Shown piece after piece: positions 21,856-36,400 of a DNA stretch of 64,000 nt. The stretch lies in assembly GCA_032718475.1 (NCBI GenBank), contig JAUCBJ010008061.1, forward strand, positions 53,687-117,686, read 5' to 3'. Made by a program: the position numbers and the translations under genes. Within the stretch, counting starts at the first letter, position 1; the number at the start of each line of letters is the position of its first letter. A model generated the notes under the pieces. That model was not told the DNA's origin, made no database searches, and saw nothing but the letters and a program-made list of their open reading frames with translations. This stretch comes from Nemertoderma westbladi. Lineage: Eukaryota > Animalia > Xenacoelomorpha.

Positions 21856-24800
21856 ATGAACCGTGATCAAGGTAAGATATTGAATGTATATTACATAATA
21901 TTAAATTTTTTGAATCGTTACACAGTAGGTCTATTATTATTTTTATGTATCGTTATCCAGAGTACGGTATTACCATAGATAGGCAAAATAATTTTTTGTT
22001 CTTTTTCATGCTTGCTCCATCAGAGGCATTATTTAATCCATTAAAATAGTTTACGAAATTAAACAATTAATTCTAGATACAACCCTAATAATATTTTGAT
22101 GCAGATAGAGTGAGAAGGTGCAGTAGGTGCGGCTGTCACACTAAAGGACACCCATTGCCGCTTGGAGAAAAGTGTGTTCAGATGGTGAAACAATCGGAAT
22201 TGGATAAGCGGCGGGTAAATAATGGTGATGCAAAGAAACGGTATCAAACTGCTGACAGACAAAGAAAAAAACAGAGTGATGCAGTTACTGCTAGAAACAG
22301 AAGCGCGAAACCTTCTGCAATGGCTGCTGCCAGAGTGAGAAATGCAAAACCTTCAGCAAAGGCTGCTGCTAGAGAGAGGAATGCAGAACCTTCAGCAAAG
22401 GCTGCTGCTAGAGAGAGGAATGCAGAAACTTCAGCAAAGGCTGCTGCTAGAGAGAGGAATGCAGAACATTCAGCAAAGGCTGCTGCTAGAGAGAGGAATG
22501 CAGAACCTTCAGCAAAGGCTGCTGCTAGAGAGAGGAATGCAGAACTTTCAGCAAAGGCTGCTGCTAGAGAGGAATGCAGAACATTCAGCAAAGGCTGCTG
22601 CTAGAGAGAGGAATGCAGAACCTTCAGCAAAGGCTGCTGCTAGAGAGAGGAATGCAGAAACTTCAGCAAAGGCTGCTGCTAGAGAGAGGAATGCAGAACA
22701 TTCAGCAAAGGCTGCTGCTAGAGAGAGGAATGCAGAACCTTCAGCAAAGGCTGCTGCTAGAGAGAGGAATGCAGAACCTTCAGCAAAGGCTGCTGCTAGA
22801 GAGAGGAATGCAGAACTTTCAGCAAAGGCTGCTGCTAGAGAGAGGAATGCAGAAACTTCAGCAAAGGCTGCTGCTAGAGAGAGGAATGCAGAAACTTCAG
22901 CAAAGGCTGCTGCTAGAGAGAGGAATGCAGAACATTCAGCAAAGGCTGCTGCTAGAGAGAGGAATGCAGAAACTTCAGCAAAGGCTGCTGCTAGAGAGAA
23001 GAATGCAGAACATTCAGCAAAGGCTGCTGCTAGAGAGAGGAATGCAGAAACTTCAGCAAAGGCTGCTGCTAGAGAGAGGAATGCAGAACATTCAGCAAAG
23101 GCTGCTGCTAGAGAGAGGAATGCAGAAACTTCAGCAAAGGCTGCTGCTAGAGAGAAGAATGCAGAACATTCAGCAAAGGCTGCTGCTAGAGAGAGGAATG
23201 CAGAACCTTCTGCAATGGCTGCTTCTAGAGCGAGGAATCAGCAACCAGCTGCATTGGCTGCTGCTAAGAAGAGGAAAGCGGATCCTGTTGTTCAATCTGA
23301 AGCGAGGAAACGAGCGAAAACTGCCCCATCACTCACAAAGGCAAGCAAGCGGGCACATGATGCTAGAGAAAATAGTAAAAAATCAAAATATAAGTTAGCA
23401 TGGTATCATCATGGGAAAGTTAACTCCCTTATAAAATCCCTTCCAAAGATTAATGAAACGTGCAACTCCTGTGGGGCGATAATGTTCCCTTGGGAACTTT
23501 CAAAGACACCTGCAGGTGGTTCGAAGGTATTCAGTGCATGCTGTAACTATGGAACAATCCAGTTAGTACCCTTCAAGGATCCATCGCATAACCTCCAAAA
23601 ACTCTATTCCAGGGACAATACCAAATCGCGGAATTACCTTGATAATATTAGGGCTTATAATGGATTAGTGGCAATGGCATCCAAGTGTATTACTGGAAAG
23701 GAAATTCAGTTCAATAAGGGTAGAGGTCCCAAACCCTACAAGATGAGTGGGCAGATGTATCATCTAACCCCATCACATTTACTTCCTAACAGAGACACGG
23801 CTCCAAAGTTTTCGCAGATCTTTGTATTCGACAAGCAATATGAAACAGATAATAGGTTAAAGCACAGCCATAATGCAAACAACAACATCGACAGAGATAC
23901 TCTCGAAATCCTTCAATATGAACTGGATAAGATCAATCCATATGTTAAAGAGTTTAAAAATGGTTCCAAGGTATTTGAAGAAAACCCAGGCAAACAATTA
24001 AAGATGGTGTTCAAAGCCAAGGGATCCTGGGCACGTGGGCAGCCAAGAAGATGTCTAAGAATCCGGATGTTCCTGAAGTTGTGGTAGTTGCCCCAGGAGA
24101 TCAGACAGAGCCTAGGGATGTAATACTTTACAGAACTCAGTCCGATCATCCAAATAACCACAGTACAGTCAGAATTGACGAGAACCACCTGATGTATGAC
24201 CACGTAGCTTATCCTTTGATTACACCTCATGGTGATTGCGGTTACAGCATTGACTGTGACATCCGGAAGTCCAACGGAAGGAAGGTAAGTGCCATGGAGT
24301 TTTTTCGATTCCACTTGCAGGTGCGAGACAATTTCAACACGCTCCACAAGTCTTGCAGGCTAGCTCAAGAGTACATGTGCGATCAATGGAGCAAAATAGA
24401 GGGGAGTCGACTTAAGTTTCTTCGATACAATCAAGATAAGCTTAGGGTGGAACAGTACAGCGGTTTACAGGATGCTCTAACTCAAACGACAACAGACAAT
24501 GTTAATCAGAGTGAGGTTGATAAAATTGGGCAACAGATCATTCTCCCTGCCAGCTTTACTGGGTCTCCTAGATACATACTGATGGTGATGATGCTTGCAT
24601 ACTGATATGCAGTACAAGCACTATCTAGACGCCCTGGCCATTGCGACAAAGTACAGAAAGTTCGATCTATTCATCACGATGACTGGAAACCCCAGGTGGG
24701 ATGCGGTTAGAGACAACCTGTTTAGTATATTACTGTACTATTAAGTACATTTATAAGTACGTTCATAAAGGAGTCGATGTCTCTACCATAGGGATTGATT

Positions 24801-27086
24801 CAAAAGAGCAGAAACAAAATAAGGATGAAATATATCTCTTCGTCAATGCCAGGACCATTGATGCCCACGATGCTCACTGGCGAGTAATGGAATATGGAGT
24901 TCAGGGAAGGTTAGTTGAAAATTAATGATTCCCTCTCCTTTGTTTTTTTTAAAATAAATTCAAATTATTTTGATCAAGGAACTTTCGACCAATTATATGT
25001 GCATTTAATTGTAACATTAAGCAACTACTGCAATATCAAACTATTCTAACCAGGACGTTACAGTACAATATAATTAATTTACTTAAGATTTCCCGCTGTT
25101 ATTTCCTTGGCGATCCATACAGACGGGCAGCATAATATTGTGTTTCACGATGGTCAGGCAGAAAAGGCATTGAATGATGCTAGGGATACTACCCTCTTAG
25201 CATTTTTCAAGCTAAACCAGATAGATCCTTCTGCTAGACTGTATCTATACCAGGAAATTCCAGAGCACTATGTGTGGTCTAATAACTCATGGATGTTGCG
25301 CAAGAAGCAACCAGATGAGAATGCTGTACCAAGGATGATTGGTCGAATCAACAATGTCCGCCCCACACAGGGTGAACGATTTTACCTGAAGATGGTACTC
25401 AAGTCACATTCGGGGTCCGCAATCATACAAGGACTTGATGTTCTATGAACATAAACAGTATATTACATTCAAGGCGACGGCAATGGCAATGGGGTTGCTA
25501 GAGGATGACTTTGAATGGAAGCAGGCTCTCACTGATATAACTGAATATGGGTCCAGCAGGCAGATTAGGGCCTGCTTCGCTGTCATACTACAGTATTGTC
25601 TCCCAACCGAGCCAAATAAATTGTTTCAGCAATTTATCCACTCCATGAGCGATGACATCATATATGATGAGATGAAGAAAGCTCACTGTTCTAGGGAGAC
25701 TGTGGACATGGGGACAGTTGAAGACAAAGTTCTGTCTTTGATTAATGATGAACTGAGTCAGATGGGATCAAGCCTAGATAGTTTTCCTGACATGCCACAG
25801 CCGAGGGCCATCACTGACGAGGAGAGGTTGACAAGAGTATTTAGTGAGGAGCGGTATGATGCAGTTAAACAGGCAAAAATCGTCAGCATGTTGGAGCCTA
25901 AGTTGAACGAGGCACAGTCAGCACTATGTGGGGAGATTTTCCAAGCAGTAAATGCAGAGACTTCAGGTCATGGACGCACAAAACAATTCATTCTCAATTC
26001 TCCTGGTGGATATGGAAAAACATTCACATTCACCGTTATTGGTGCCAAGATCAGGGCTGAGGGAGGAATTGTACTCATGGTGGCCAGTACAGGTTTGGCT
26101 GCTCAAAATCTGGAAGGGGGAAGGACGGCACATAGCCGTTTCAAAATTCCAATTAACATAATGGAAGACTCCACATGCAACATCAAGGCCCAGAGCGATC
26201 TAGCAAAGCTGATCAGGGCATGTTCACTCATCATCTGGGATGAGATTTTCAGTGTGCATCGGTTTATTATTGAGTGTGTGGAAAGGAGTCTGCGGGACAT
26301 TATGGATTGTGATGAACCGTGGGGTGGAAAGGTGGTTTGTCTTGGCGGCGACCCCAGGCAGACTCCGCCGGTGGTTAAGAGGGGTGGTCGACCACAGATA
26401 GTTCGAGCATGTGTACAAATGTCTCATCTCTACCCTTGCATGAAGGAGCACAGGCTAACACAAAATATGCGAACTGATCCTGGTGAGTTGGAATTCTCCA
26501 GTTACCTTCTCAAGTTGGGGGAAGGGCGTGAAAAGACATATGAAGAGGAGGGCGAGAACAAGATCAAAATACCATTAAATCACCTTACTACATCAGTGAA
26601 GGATTTGATCAACCTTACATTCCCAGACTTGGAGTATGGCTGTCACGGATCAGACAATATAATCAATGGCGCTATATATACTCCATTAAACAAGAATGTC
26701 AAGGAAATCAACGATCAATGCATCAGCAAATTTCCTGGTGAATCAAAGCAATATCTGTCTGCCGATTCAATTCTTGAAGACAACCATAAAGATACTCTTC
26801 CTTCAGAATTCATCAATTCGCTCACTCCCTCTGGCCTTCCTGATCATCGTTTAATCCTGAAGACTGACTGTCCAGTGATGTTGCTACGAAACCTTCAGGC
26901 TGGACCCAACAGTTGCTTGAGGAATGGGACAAGGATGATAGTGATTCAGATGATGGGTAGAGCTATCGAGTGTGAGGTTGCCGTTGGGACGAACAAGGGT
27001 CTACGAGTATTCCTGCCCAGGATTCCGCACCATGACAGAAGCGATGAGCTTCCCTTCACTATTGTCAGGAGGCAATTTCCTATCAG
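21856..27086 (+). pseudogene. Helitron Rep/PIF1-helicase gene with introns (21872-22104, 24910-25087, donor at 27087), frameshifts and a deleted Rep core
   Basis: Zinc finger CNSCGAIMFPWE...CC..G; NIRAYN; YPL..PHG; LRYNQDKLR; ILPASFTGSPRY; DLFITMTGNPRW; KYIYKYVHKG; helicase motifs PGGYGKT, ASTGLAA, GGRTAHSRFKIP, IIWDE, GDPRQ, LTQNMR, MLLRNL...NGTR. Confidence 0.92.
22285..23240 (+). repeat. 33-bp coding minisatellite (about 28 units; 11-aa unit ARERNAE[P/T/H/L]SAKAA-type) in the Helitron N-terminus
   Basis: Unit gctagagagaggaatgcagaa(cct/act/cat/ctt)tcagcaaaggctgct; a 2-nt loss near 22570 shifts the frame. Confidence 0.95.
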
Positions 27087-27402
27087 GTAAATATTAAAAT
27101 CACACGAAGATTGACATGCAGCTTTAAAACATTTTTATCATATTATTGTTGTGAGTTCTGAAATTTTCGATGTGAGTTCAGTTCAGTTGTGAATTCAGCC
27201 GGGAATTTGAAATTTTGGACATTACGTCGAAGCATATGGTTCCAAAATAATACTTTTTGCTAAAAATGCGCCATTCCTTTAGACAAACCTTTCAAAATTT
27301 ACATTGCGGCAAGAGATGGTTATAAAATATTTCGCATATAGTCTCCAAAACATTACAATATTCTAATTTAGATTTAATTGATTATCGTTAAATGCTACTC
27401 AC

Positions 27403-30400
27403 CTTATCCATTTTAGTCTTGGCTGTCTGTCGTTGTATTTCGACCAGGGTGAGTTGCATCAGCTCCTGTTCAACCAGAGATATCTCATTTGTTAATCGAC
27501 TGTGTCTGGTGTCTCGCTGGTACTGAAGCGCCTCAAACGCTTGTTTCTGGAACTCCTCCTGATAACAATAATTATAATACACGCTCTAGTTTTATGTGTC
27601 ACTAAAACAATTCCCTCCTTTTCACTCAATTTTTGTCACTAAACTATAAATAGTTCACCTCTAAAATATATTTATTTGATCACTGAAATAACTTTTTTTA
27701 ACATAAAAAATTACAATATGCTGTTTCAAGGATTTTCGTTTTTTTTTTTTTGTTTACGTTAGAATAACGTGACACTGCAACCTGTTCCTTTCCTATATTT
27801 AGTGGCGATTAATAGATTGTAGTGAATATTAATATATTTTAGTTTAGATTTTAGTTATATTATATTATATTTCAGTTTAGATTAGATTAATATATTTAGT
27901 GATAATTTATATATTTTGGTGATGATTTATATAAAAGTAAAACCATATTTTAGTTGAAACGGAAATTTAAATGATTTTCCTGTTAACATTTAGTGAATAT
28001 GGTTCATTTATAGTAGGTAGATAACTGGCTGTGGATAACATCTAGAACACGAGATTGTCAGACAGCTATCTAATTCAGTCGGCCCTAGTTCCTTCCCTAT
28101 GTTTTGTTTGTTTGTAAATACGCATTTATAACTTTCTAGAACAATCTATCTACTAAACCTACCTTCCTCAGGATACAGTATCTACTCGTTAATCAGAATC
28201 CCAGACATTCGTAATTCTGTAAGTATGGTATGGTCACATACTGGATAATATATCGCAAAATGATATAAAGTTGGATAATATGTCGCTCAATTATATAAAG
28301 TTGGATAATATGTCGCACACTGATACTAATATAAATACTGATATAAAGTTGTCGAATATGTCGTACAATGATATAAAGTGGGATATGTCGCACTGCGTCA
28401 TTTGGTCGAGCGAAAATATTTACACAGAAATAAATAAAATAATTTTATGCAACAGAGTAATTACACAATTAATTATCGCCTCAGTGTGTCATAAATGTTG
28501 ATCATTATAGAAACAAGTTGCTCATTTTCCAATAACCGCACTCTGTTAGGCCAACTCTGTGAGATCTGCGGCAGGTCTCAAACCGAAGAACCTCTCTTAA
28601 AGGCCTGTTTCAATATAGTGACTATTGGTGGTAGGTAACCATGCCAACAGGTTATATATGCAAAAAAGTCCAGAGGATTGTATGTCTCTATAACCACTGG
28701 AAAAAAATAGCAACGACCAATTAAAACAGAATGAATGCGATAATAGGAAAAAAGCAACAGCTGTCAGACCTTTTACAAATTCATCATCAGCAATAATTAA
28801 TTGATCAACAAAACAAACTAACTATTTACTCAAAAATATATTGTGAATTTCAAAAAACAAGTCCTGACTACTCCGAGGGTGACTGGAATTTCCTCTACCA
28901 CCTGGCATTGTAACTAAGGAAAATTAAAACACTTTTAACACCATTTATAAATCATTCTAAGTGTTACATCCTACGCTGTATATCATTTATTATATTTAAC
29001 GATTTGATCTACAATGTTATTGAACAGAAGCTATTCATGTCATCAAAGATTGACTCATCAAAGGTTATTAGCCTGCAAAAATCTACCGACAGACAGTCAG
29101 ACAGACAACTGTTGAACCTACCCGTATGCTATGCTCGCTAACTTCGTGGCGCGCCCCACTGCGGTACCCATATACTAAGCTCGCTTACTTCGTGGCTCGC
29201 CCCACAGCGGTACCCGTATGCTAAGCTCGCCCCACAGCGGTGCCCGTATGCTTTACTTCGTGGCTTGCCCCACACCTGTACCCGTACGGTAAGCTCGCTA
29301 ACTTCGTGGCTCGCCTCACATCGGTTCACGTACGCTAAGCTCGCTTACTCCATGGCTCGCCCCCACAGCGGTGCCCATATGCTAAGCTCTCTTACTTCGT
29401 GGCTCGCCCCACAGCCGTACCTGTACGGTAAGCTCGCTAACTTCGTGGCTCGCCCCAATGCGTTGCCCGTATGCTAAGCATACTTACTTCGTTGCTCGCC
29501 CCACTACTCTACCATTATGTTCCGACACGCCGTCTTCTCTATGAACTGGCTTCTATCCGCCATCTTGCGGATTATTTATTCGGTTAGGAAATTTACAATT
29601 CCTTAACATACCGCTGCTGCTCTCCTTAACGATTAACTTATCTATTTATCAAATTCATGGGCGATTTCATTGGCCTGTATAGCAACTATGTAAACTAAAA
29701 TACATAGTTGCTCAAGCACTCACTCAAGTACTGTAGTCATTAGCAAATCGCAGTCTACTTTACAAATGACTACCTACCTGTGGTGTACCGCAAGGTACCA
29801 GCCAACTACACTATAATCGGCTTATTTTCTCCATGGGGCTGCCAAAGCACGAGAGTGTGCACAGGATGGTCCTTACGGCGAAAACAATGTCCTGCAAAGT
29901 TGATGCGGCTTTGTTCTAGGGTCGAGCTTGGCTTCCAGATACATTATCCAAGGTAACAGAAGTCGTCCACATGCCCAAGCATACCACCCTTTGAGCTTAT
30001 GCTCATCCGATCAGAGATTTGCTGAGGACTTTCAAAGTTAACAGTCAAAATTTTGGTCTTTTTGGAGTTAATAAAAAGACCAACACTAGAAGCAGCCTGT
30101 TCTAATGAGCTGAGGAGCCGTTGGGCTCCCTTTAGTAATTCTGACTGTACTCCTAAGTCATCTGCAAAGTCTAGACCAGTGAGGCAGGGCAGGATTTCTT
30201 CGACTTCTGGAGCCAGTAGGATCATGATGATGATGATATAAGGACATGCGTAGAACATAGTCAACCACAATTATGGTGTACCACAATTGTGGTGTACCGC
30301 AAGGTAGTATATTAGGTCCCCTGCATTTTGTATGCCATGTAAATGATATAATAGTAAAGATCCCGCCCGATCTTAAACTAATTTTATATGCCGATGACAT

Positions 30401-33400
30401 TGCTCTTATTTTCGAAAGATCTTGTCAATAATTCTCAAACGTTAAGTGCAGTTATCCATTCACTACGGTAAGACCGAAAGTATTTTGATTGGTTCGAAGC
30501 GAAAGTTTAAAAAGGTACTCATGTGACTACTGTAGTTATGAATATATTATAAAAAATTAAAATATGTTAAATATTTAGGCACCACATTGGATAACTGCTT
30601 ATCAGGGAGAAAGCACAGTGTACAATATATGTTTCTTCTATACAGAAATAAAATACCGACTCTCGCAAGTTCCTTTGCTCTTCTTTAATACAGTGTCACA
30701 TGGACTAAACTAATGCCTTTTCTTTTTGGTTTGATGGCATAAGGAGGGGGGGGGGGGGGGGGGGGGGCTAATTCAGAAAACAATATAATTTTCATTTTCA
30801 ACCCCCCCCCCCCCCCCTGATGCATATTTTTATGAGGTTTCAAAACTTTAAATGTCTGTGAATGGGATTGTGTTCCTGACGGTATGTTTGTCAAAATATA
30901 ACAAAAGCATTTTAGCTAAAAGATATGTTATGGGAGTCTTCGTGGTCGCTGATTTCATTCCAAACGTCAGTTTTCACTTTTAACGAAAACTACATCATAC
31001 CGTCACCTAGCTAAAACTTATTCTGTGTTTCTTTGGTCGCTGATTTCATTTCCGTTATTCTGTGTTTCTTTGGTTGCTGATTTCATTTCCGAAGTCAATT
31101 TTCATTTTTAGTGAAGTTTATGGTGTCTGATTGTATGTCCGTCTGTCTGTCTATCAAAATATAAGGAAAGCATTCCTATTCTAACTAGCTAGAAGTTTTG
31201 TTATGGGGGTTATCGTTATCCTGGTTGCTGATTTTATTTCCGACGTCAGTTTTCATTTTTAACAAAACCTACTATGTCTGTCTGTCAGTTTTTCTGTCTG
31301 TCCTGCGATCTGTCTGTCAAACTAATAGGAATGCATACCAACTAGCTAACAATTTTATGGGGGTTTTCCTGGTTGGTGATTTCATTGTCAGTTTTCGTGT
31401 TTAATGATCACTCACATTGTCTGTTTGTCTGTTCAGCAGTCGGTTATATATTTTGACGGACAGAATGATGACAATGAAAGACAGATATAGAAGTGAAATC
31501 ACTGACCCGGAAAACCCTTGTAACAACATTTTCAGCGGGATTGTGTGCCTTCTAACATTTCAATTGACACTGGACAGACTCAAATTAAATTACCATAACC
31601 ATAAAATTTCAATGCGTTTTCTGAAGAATGCAAATTTTAAATTTCAAAACGCAAAGGCTTTTCCAAAAAGGAACGAATTCGTGTGAAATTTGGCATGAAT
31701 GATAACTGGGTGATGCTTAACACCCCCAATTACCACATTTTTAATTTTCTGGGCTATAGCTGAAATATTTAACAAAATGTGTCAATTGTTGGTCAAAAAT
31801 TTTCTTTTTTAGTCAAAAAAAAAAACTTTTGGCACCTAGTTAAAAGTAGTATTTTCGCTTCCCTGAAGTATTATAATTAGTTCAGTTGAATTCGCCTCCC
31901 TAAAAAACCGATAACATGCCAAAATAGAGATCTTTGAATGAAAGTTCGTGACAGTTCGTGTTCAATACAATTTGAAATTGAAACTCCATGATGGCATGCA
32001 TACCAGATTCAATTTACTGAACTTTAAAACATCGATTAAGGGCCCTTTCTTTGGACACTGACACATTTGCATAAATTATGTTAATTAGGTTAAAAATTAA
32101 AAATTTCAAACCTATTCTATACATATGTACCAAATGTCAATAAATTTGGGTAAAACGAAGCCTCCTAAATACGGGGACGATTTAATAAAGACTACGAAGC
32201 TGTATAAGGGTAAGTGTCCCAAATACCTAAAACAACAATCCTTCGAAACTGATACTTTATTTTTAAAACGGTATTAAAAATTACAACGATATAAAAACAA
32301 ATAAAATTAAATATATATTATTAAACAAATTAAATAAATGACTAGTATAAAGCTAATAATAGCTTAAATACTCTTAAATACTTCATTCGCGCAAATTAAC
32401 GGTTCTGACAAACTTAAGTTTCCTGAAAATGTCCCGAAAAGCCATCCCCCCGAATGTACAAAATGTAAAATAGAATATTCGCTAATGGCCCTGTCTCTAC
32501 GTGTCTCGCCACAGAAATATTGGCTGTATAAAATGTAGGTATTTATTTACCTCGTCTAACAACTGTTTTATAAGGGCACCCTTGTCTTCGTCTTTGCCAG
32601 ATAAAACGAACTGGAGTTTTAAATCATCGTATTGATCAGCCTCCTTGGCACGCTGAATCATTTTGGTTTTATTCGACTCGTAAACTTGCATCGCCTTCTC
32701 CAAATCCATTAACGCACTCATACTCTCTAAATATAATCAATATGCAACATGTTGCAGGTCTCCTTCCCACTTGCTACTTTGTTACAGCAACTTGTTTCAC
32801 CAACATGTTGCAGTTCCCCTTCCCACTTGCTACTTTGTTACAGCAACTTGTTTCACCAACATGTTGCAGGTCCCCTTCCCACGTGCTACTTTGTTACAGC
32901 AACTTGTTTCACCAACATGTTGCAGGTCCCCTTCCCACGTGCTACTTTGTTACAGCAACTTGTTTCACCAACATGTTGCAGGTCCCCTTCCCACGTGCTA
33001 CTTTGTTACAGCAACTTGTTTCACCAACATGTTGCAGGTCCCCTTCCCACGTGCTACTTTGTTACAGCAACTTGATTCACCAACATGTTGCAGGTCCCCT
33101 TCCCACTTGCTACTTTGTTACAGCAACTTGTTTCACCAACATGTTGCAGGTCCCCTTCTCACGTGCTACTTTGTTACAGCAACTTGTTTCACCAACATGT
33201 TGCAGGTCCCCTTCTCACGTGCTACTTTGTTACAGCAACTTGTTTCACCAACATGTTGCAGGTCCCCTTCCCACGTGCTACTTTGTTACAGCAACTTGTT
33301 TCACCAACATGTTGCAGGTCCCCTTCTCACGTGCTACTTTGTTACAGCAACTTGTTTCACCAACATGTTGCAGGTCCCCTTCCCACGTGCTACTTTGTTA

Positions 33401-36400
33401 CGGGATTTCGTTTGCAATTTGTTGCGGCATATTATTTATATCACTTGTTTTTTTTAATGTAGTTATAGGAAAGGAAATTGCAAAAAAAATTGCTTTGTTA
33501 TTGAAAGGGGGGCCTCACCTCATCGACGACTAAACATTTATATCATAAAGATAGCAGTAACCATGGTAACTCACGCAGTACATCGCTCTTGCGTAGATGT
33601 TGACTCTCCTCAGCTTTCACCAGAAACCAATGCTCCTTCTCCATCATGTCTCTCTCCATGGCTTCCATAATTTCTTCAGTATTTCTGGAATAATAAATCG
33701 CAATAAAACATTTACGATATATTACAGATGGTTAATAGAATAACTAAACAGCATCGATTTTATCAAAATGTTAATAATAATGAGAAAAAATGCAATAAAT
33801 CACTGAATAATTATTTATATCACTTTGTGAAAAGTAACGCGTTTCAGCGGTATGACCAGAGGGCATTAAAGTACCGTAGAACAAACCAGCTAGGTGTTTT
33901 TTGGAATAGCTGCAGGGGTAGCCGCACAAGCAGCTAGGTGGCCGCTGCGGCCTTCAGCCAGATCCAACACGGGGCTTAAGGGTCAATAACTTTAAACGGA
34001 ACTGCACAGGTGATGTTCGACGCCCATCGAAGTCAATCTACATAGAGAGCATTATTATTATTTTCTCCATATTAATTATATTTGTATTAACAGTTTATTT
34101 CCAATTAATTTATCTATATGAGCCATTCATACTAACTTGGCTCTTTCGTTCATCTCTAGTAGTTGTTTCACAAGTAAAGCGGCATTAAACTCCGCATCCT
34201 TTAAACTCCCAACCAACATCAGTTTCTCCTGGTCCTTTTTGTTATGGACTTCTTGTATACTGCTATCCAATAACTGTTTTTCTACTTCGATCGTTCTACA
34301 GAAATAGATCAAAAAATAATTAGTAAATTAGAGCGAATTAAAAAAACAAACACCAAGTAGAAAAAGATTAATGGCTCGGCCCACAAAGAGGTAAGAAACT
34401 TATTCGGAAACGGTTATTGAAACGAGATTATTAAAGTATGACCTCGATCTACACCTTGTAATTCGACAGTAGAGTAAAACGGACGATCGCTGACTGATTC
34501 CACTCAATGCGTAAAAGAGACGGTATATAACTATATCGATAGACCATACCAATCCAAAATATATATGGTTGAACATTTCGCGTGTTTCAAATAGAATAAC
34601 CAGAACCATATAAATAAATCCAACAATTAAATTTATTTATAAAAGGCCCGACCCCCCCATCATTAACCAATTAAAAGGGAGAATTTAAAGTCAAAACAAT
34701 AAAAATATTTGAAATAATATCAGACTGGGTCAGCATTGCCAAGTTAATTACTCATCCATTATTAATTACAACATCTAGGGACTCAATGGACCTTATGGTC
34801 AGGTCATGGTCATTTAAACATAATAATTACAGGAACAAAGCCCAACTCACTCCAGGGGTCGGTCGGAGTAACAATTTCGGATGTGGGTGTGTAATAATAA
34901 TAGTAGTAGTAATATAAACCTGGCACACATAAATTATTAGTAATAACCCCGGACCCAGTGCTGTAGTAAGACCCACCACCACCGTCAACACAGTCTGACT
35001 AATAATTAGGTAATACAATCGTCGCCCACACCCGTACACTGGTGCAGTGAGTCGTACAAGTTGTTGTGTATCACACACACAGCAACCGATAAACAACAAT
35101 TAATCTAAAACAATATACCTGCAACCTATGTGCCATAAAATTATATATAACAAGCATTTAATTACTGTATATTGCGGCAAAGGTATTTAATTAGAGTAAC
35201 TTTTAATCCTATTTAGATTAATAATACACTATAATAATTATAGACTAAATCACCAACTAATATGTCAAACTATATTTAATATTCATAAAAATTTATTAAA
35301 TAAACAATTTACTTGTTTTTATAAATCGTTTATATATTATCTGAATATAAAATATTTTTATACTTACAGTAAGTTGATGGATAGTAGAGGTCATTAGTAA
35401 AGTAATTTTTATAATTATTTTAGTTGATTTGTGTCGGCCTAATGGCAATCCAAAATGCAAATCTAAACCGCATAGAGTTGCAAAAGTTAGATAACGCCAG
35501 TTTTCGAATTAGCTGTTCGTGCAGCTTCTTGTGTGTAGATGCACTATCTGTCTGTCACTCTATCGAAAACGCGTAGCAGCTCACGCCGCAACATGAATTT
35601 CCGTATCAGCGATTATGCAGCTAGTTTTCGTTTGCAGCATTACACGGGAATATCTGGCAGCACAAACAGCTGCTGGAACAATATCAAATGAACTGCAAAT
35701 GCCCGACATACAAAACGTGTTTTCAAATAGCGTCTAATACCAAAACAGGCCTAAGGAGTTTGTGATAAGCACAAAAAGCGTGGCCAGAATAATAACTATA
35801 CCACTAACATATGAGTTATGAGTTGTACAAAAAATTGTGCTAAGAGGCGTTCGTTAAGAGTTTTGATGGAGTCTGTAGTTAGCAGTAATTTGAGGCAAAG
35901 TAGAAAAATTATTGTTCCCAACGGGTGTAAAGGCTACGCCGACAACAACCAACGCCGACAACCATTGTTAAAGTTAATTAATGATAATTGTCAATTGAGG
36001 GAAAGGTACAGGTTACAGTGGAAGGTAATTCTAACCAAAACAATAAACGAAAGTGACAAACCCATGTTACATTTTCATATTTGCTGTTGTCGGAATGTCG
36101 TTTGTCGGCGTAGCGTTTACACCCTTCCCATCCTTCATTTTTCCATACAGTACGACAGAAGAAATTGATGTTAGGAGTTTCAATGAGTCATACAACTGGG
36201 TCAAGGTAAGTCAGGGGAGTCTTGAATGCGAGGGCGATAACCTACCACGGACTACCTGTAGGCCAACGTCCAATGGAAATCAACCTTGAACTGTTAACCT
36301 CTTTAATCCGACTAGGTCATTGAAACGTCGTAGACAGAAAGGGTGCTGTCCGCGGCAATATTTGCGGCTGTTCGATGGAGGGCCTACCTCGCTCAATGGT

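Larger units (their letters stand above)
21307..27100 (+). mobile_element. Helitron, 3'-truncated and degenerate
   Basis: 5' end A|TCCTACTAATATAAT followed by a (CTA)n microsatellite; Rep-Helicase coding region downstream; no CTRR/hairpin 3' end recognised. Confidence 0.9.

Noticed and set aside
22244-23398. Alternative-frame ORFs (MQNLQQRLLLERG and AAFAE repeats)
   Set aside because: Other frames of the Helitron 33-bp repeat; the ARERNAE frame connects to the conserved domains.
32742-33533. Several overlapping ORFs with Cys/His-rich repeats
   Set aside because: Products of the 56-bp tandem repeat; the unit is not a multiple of three.
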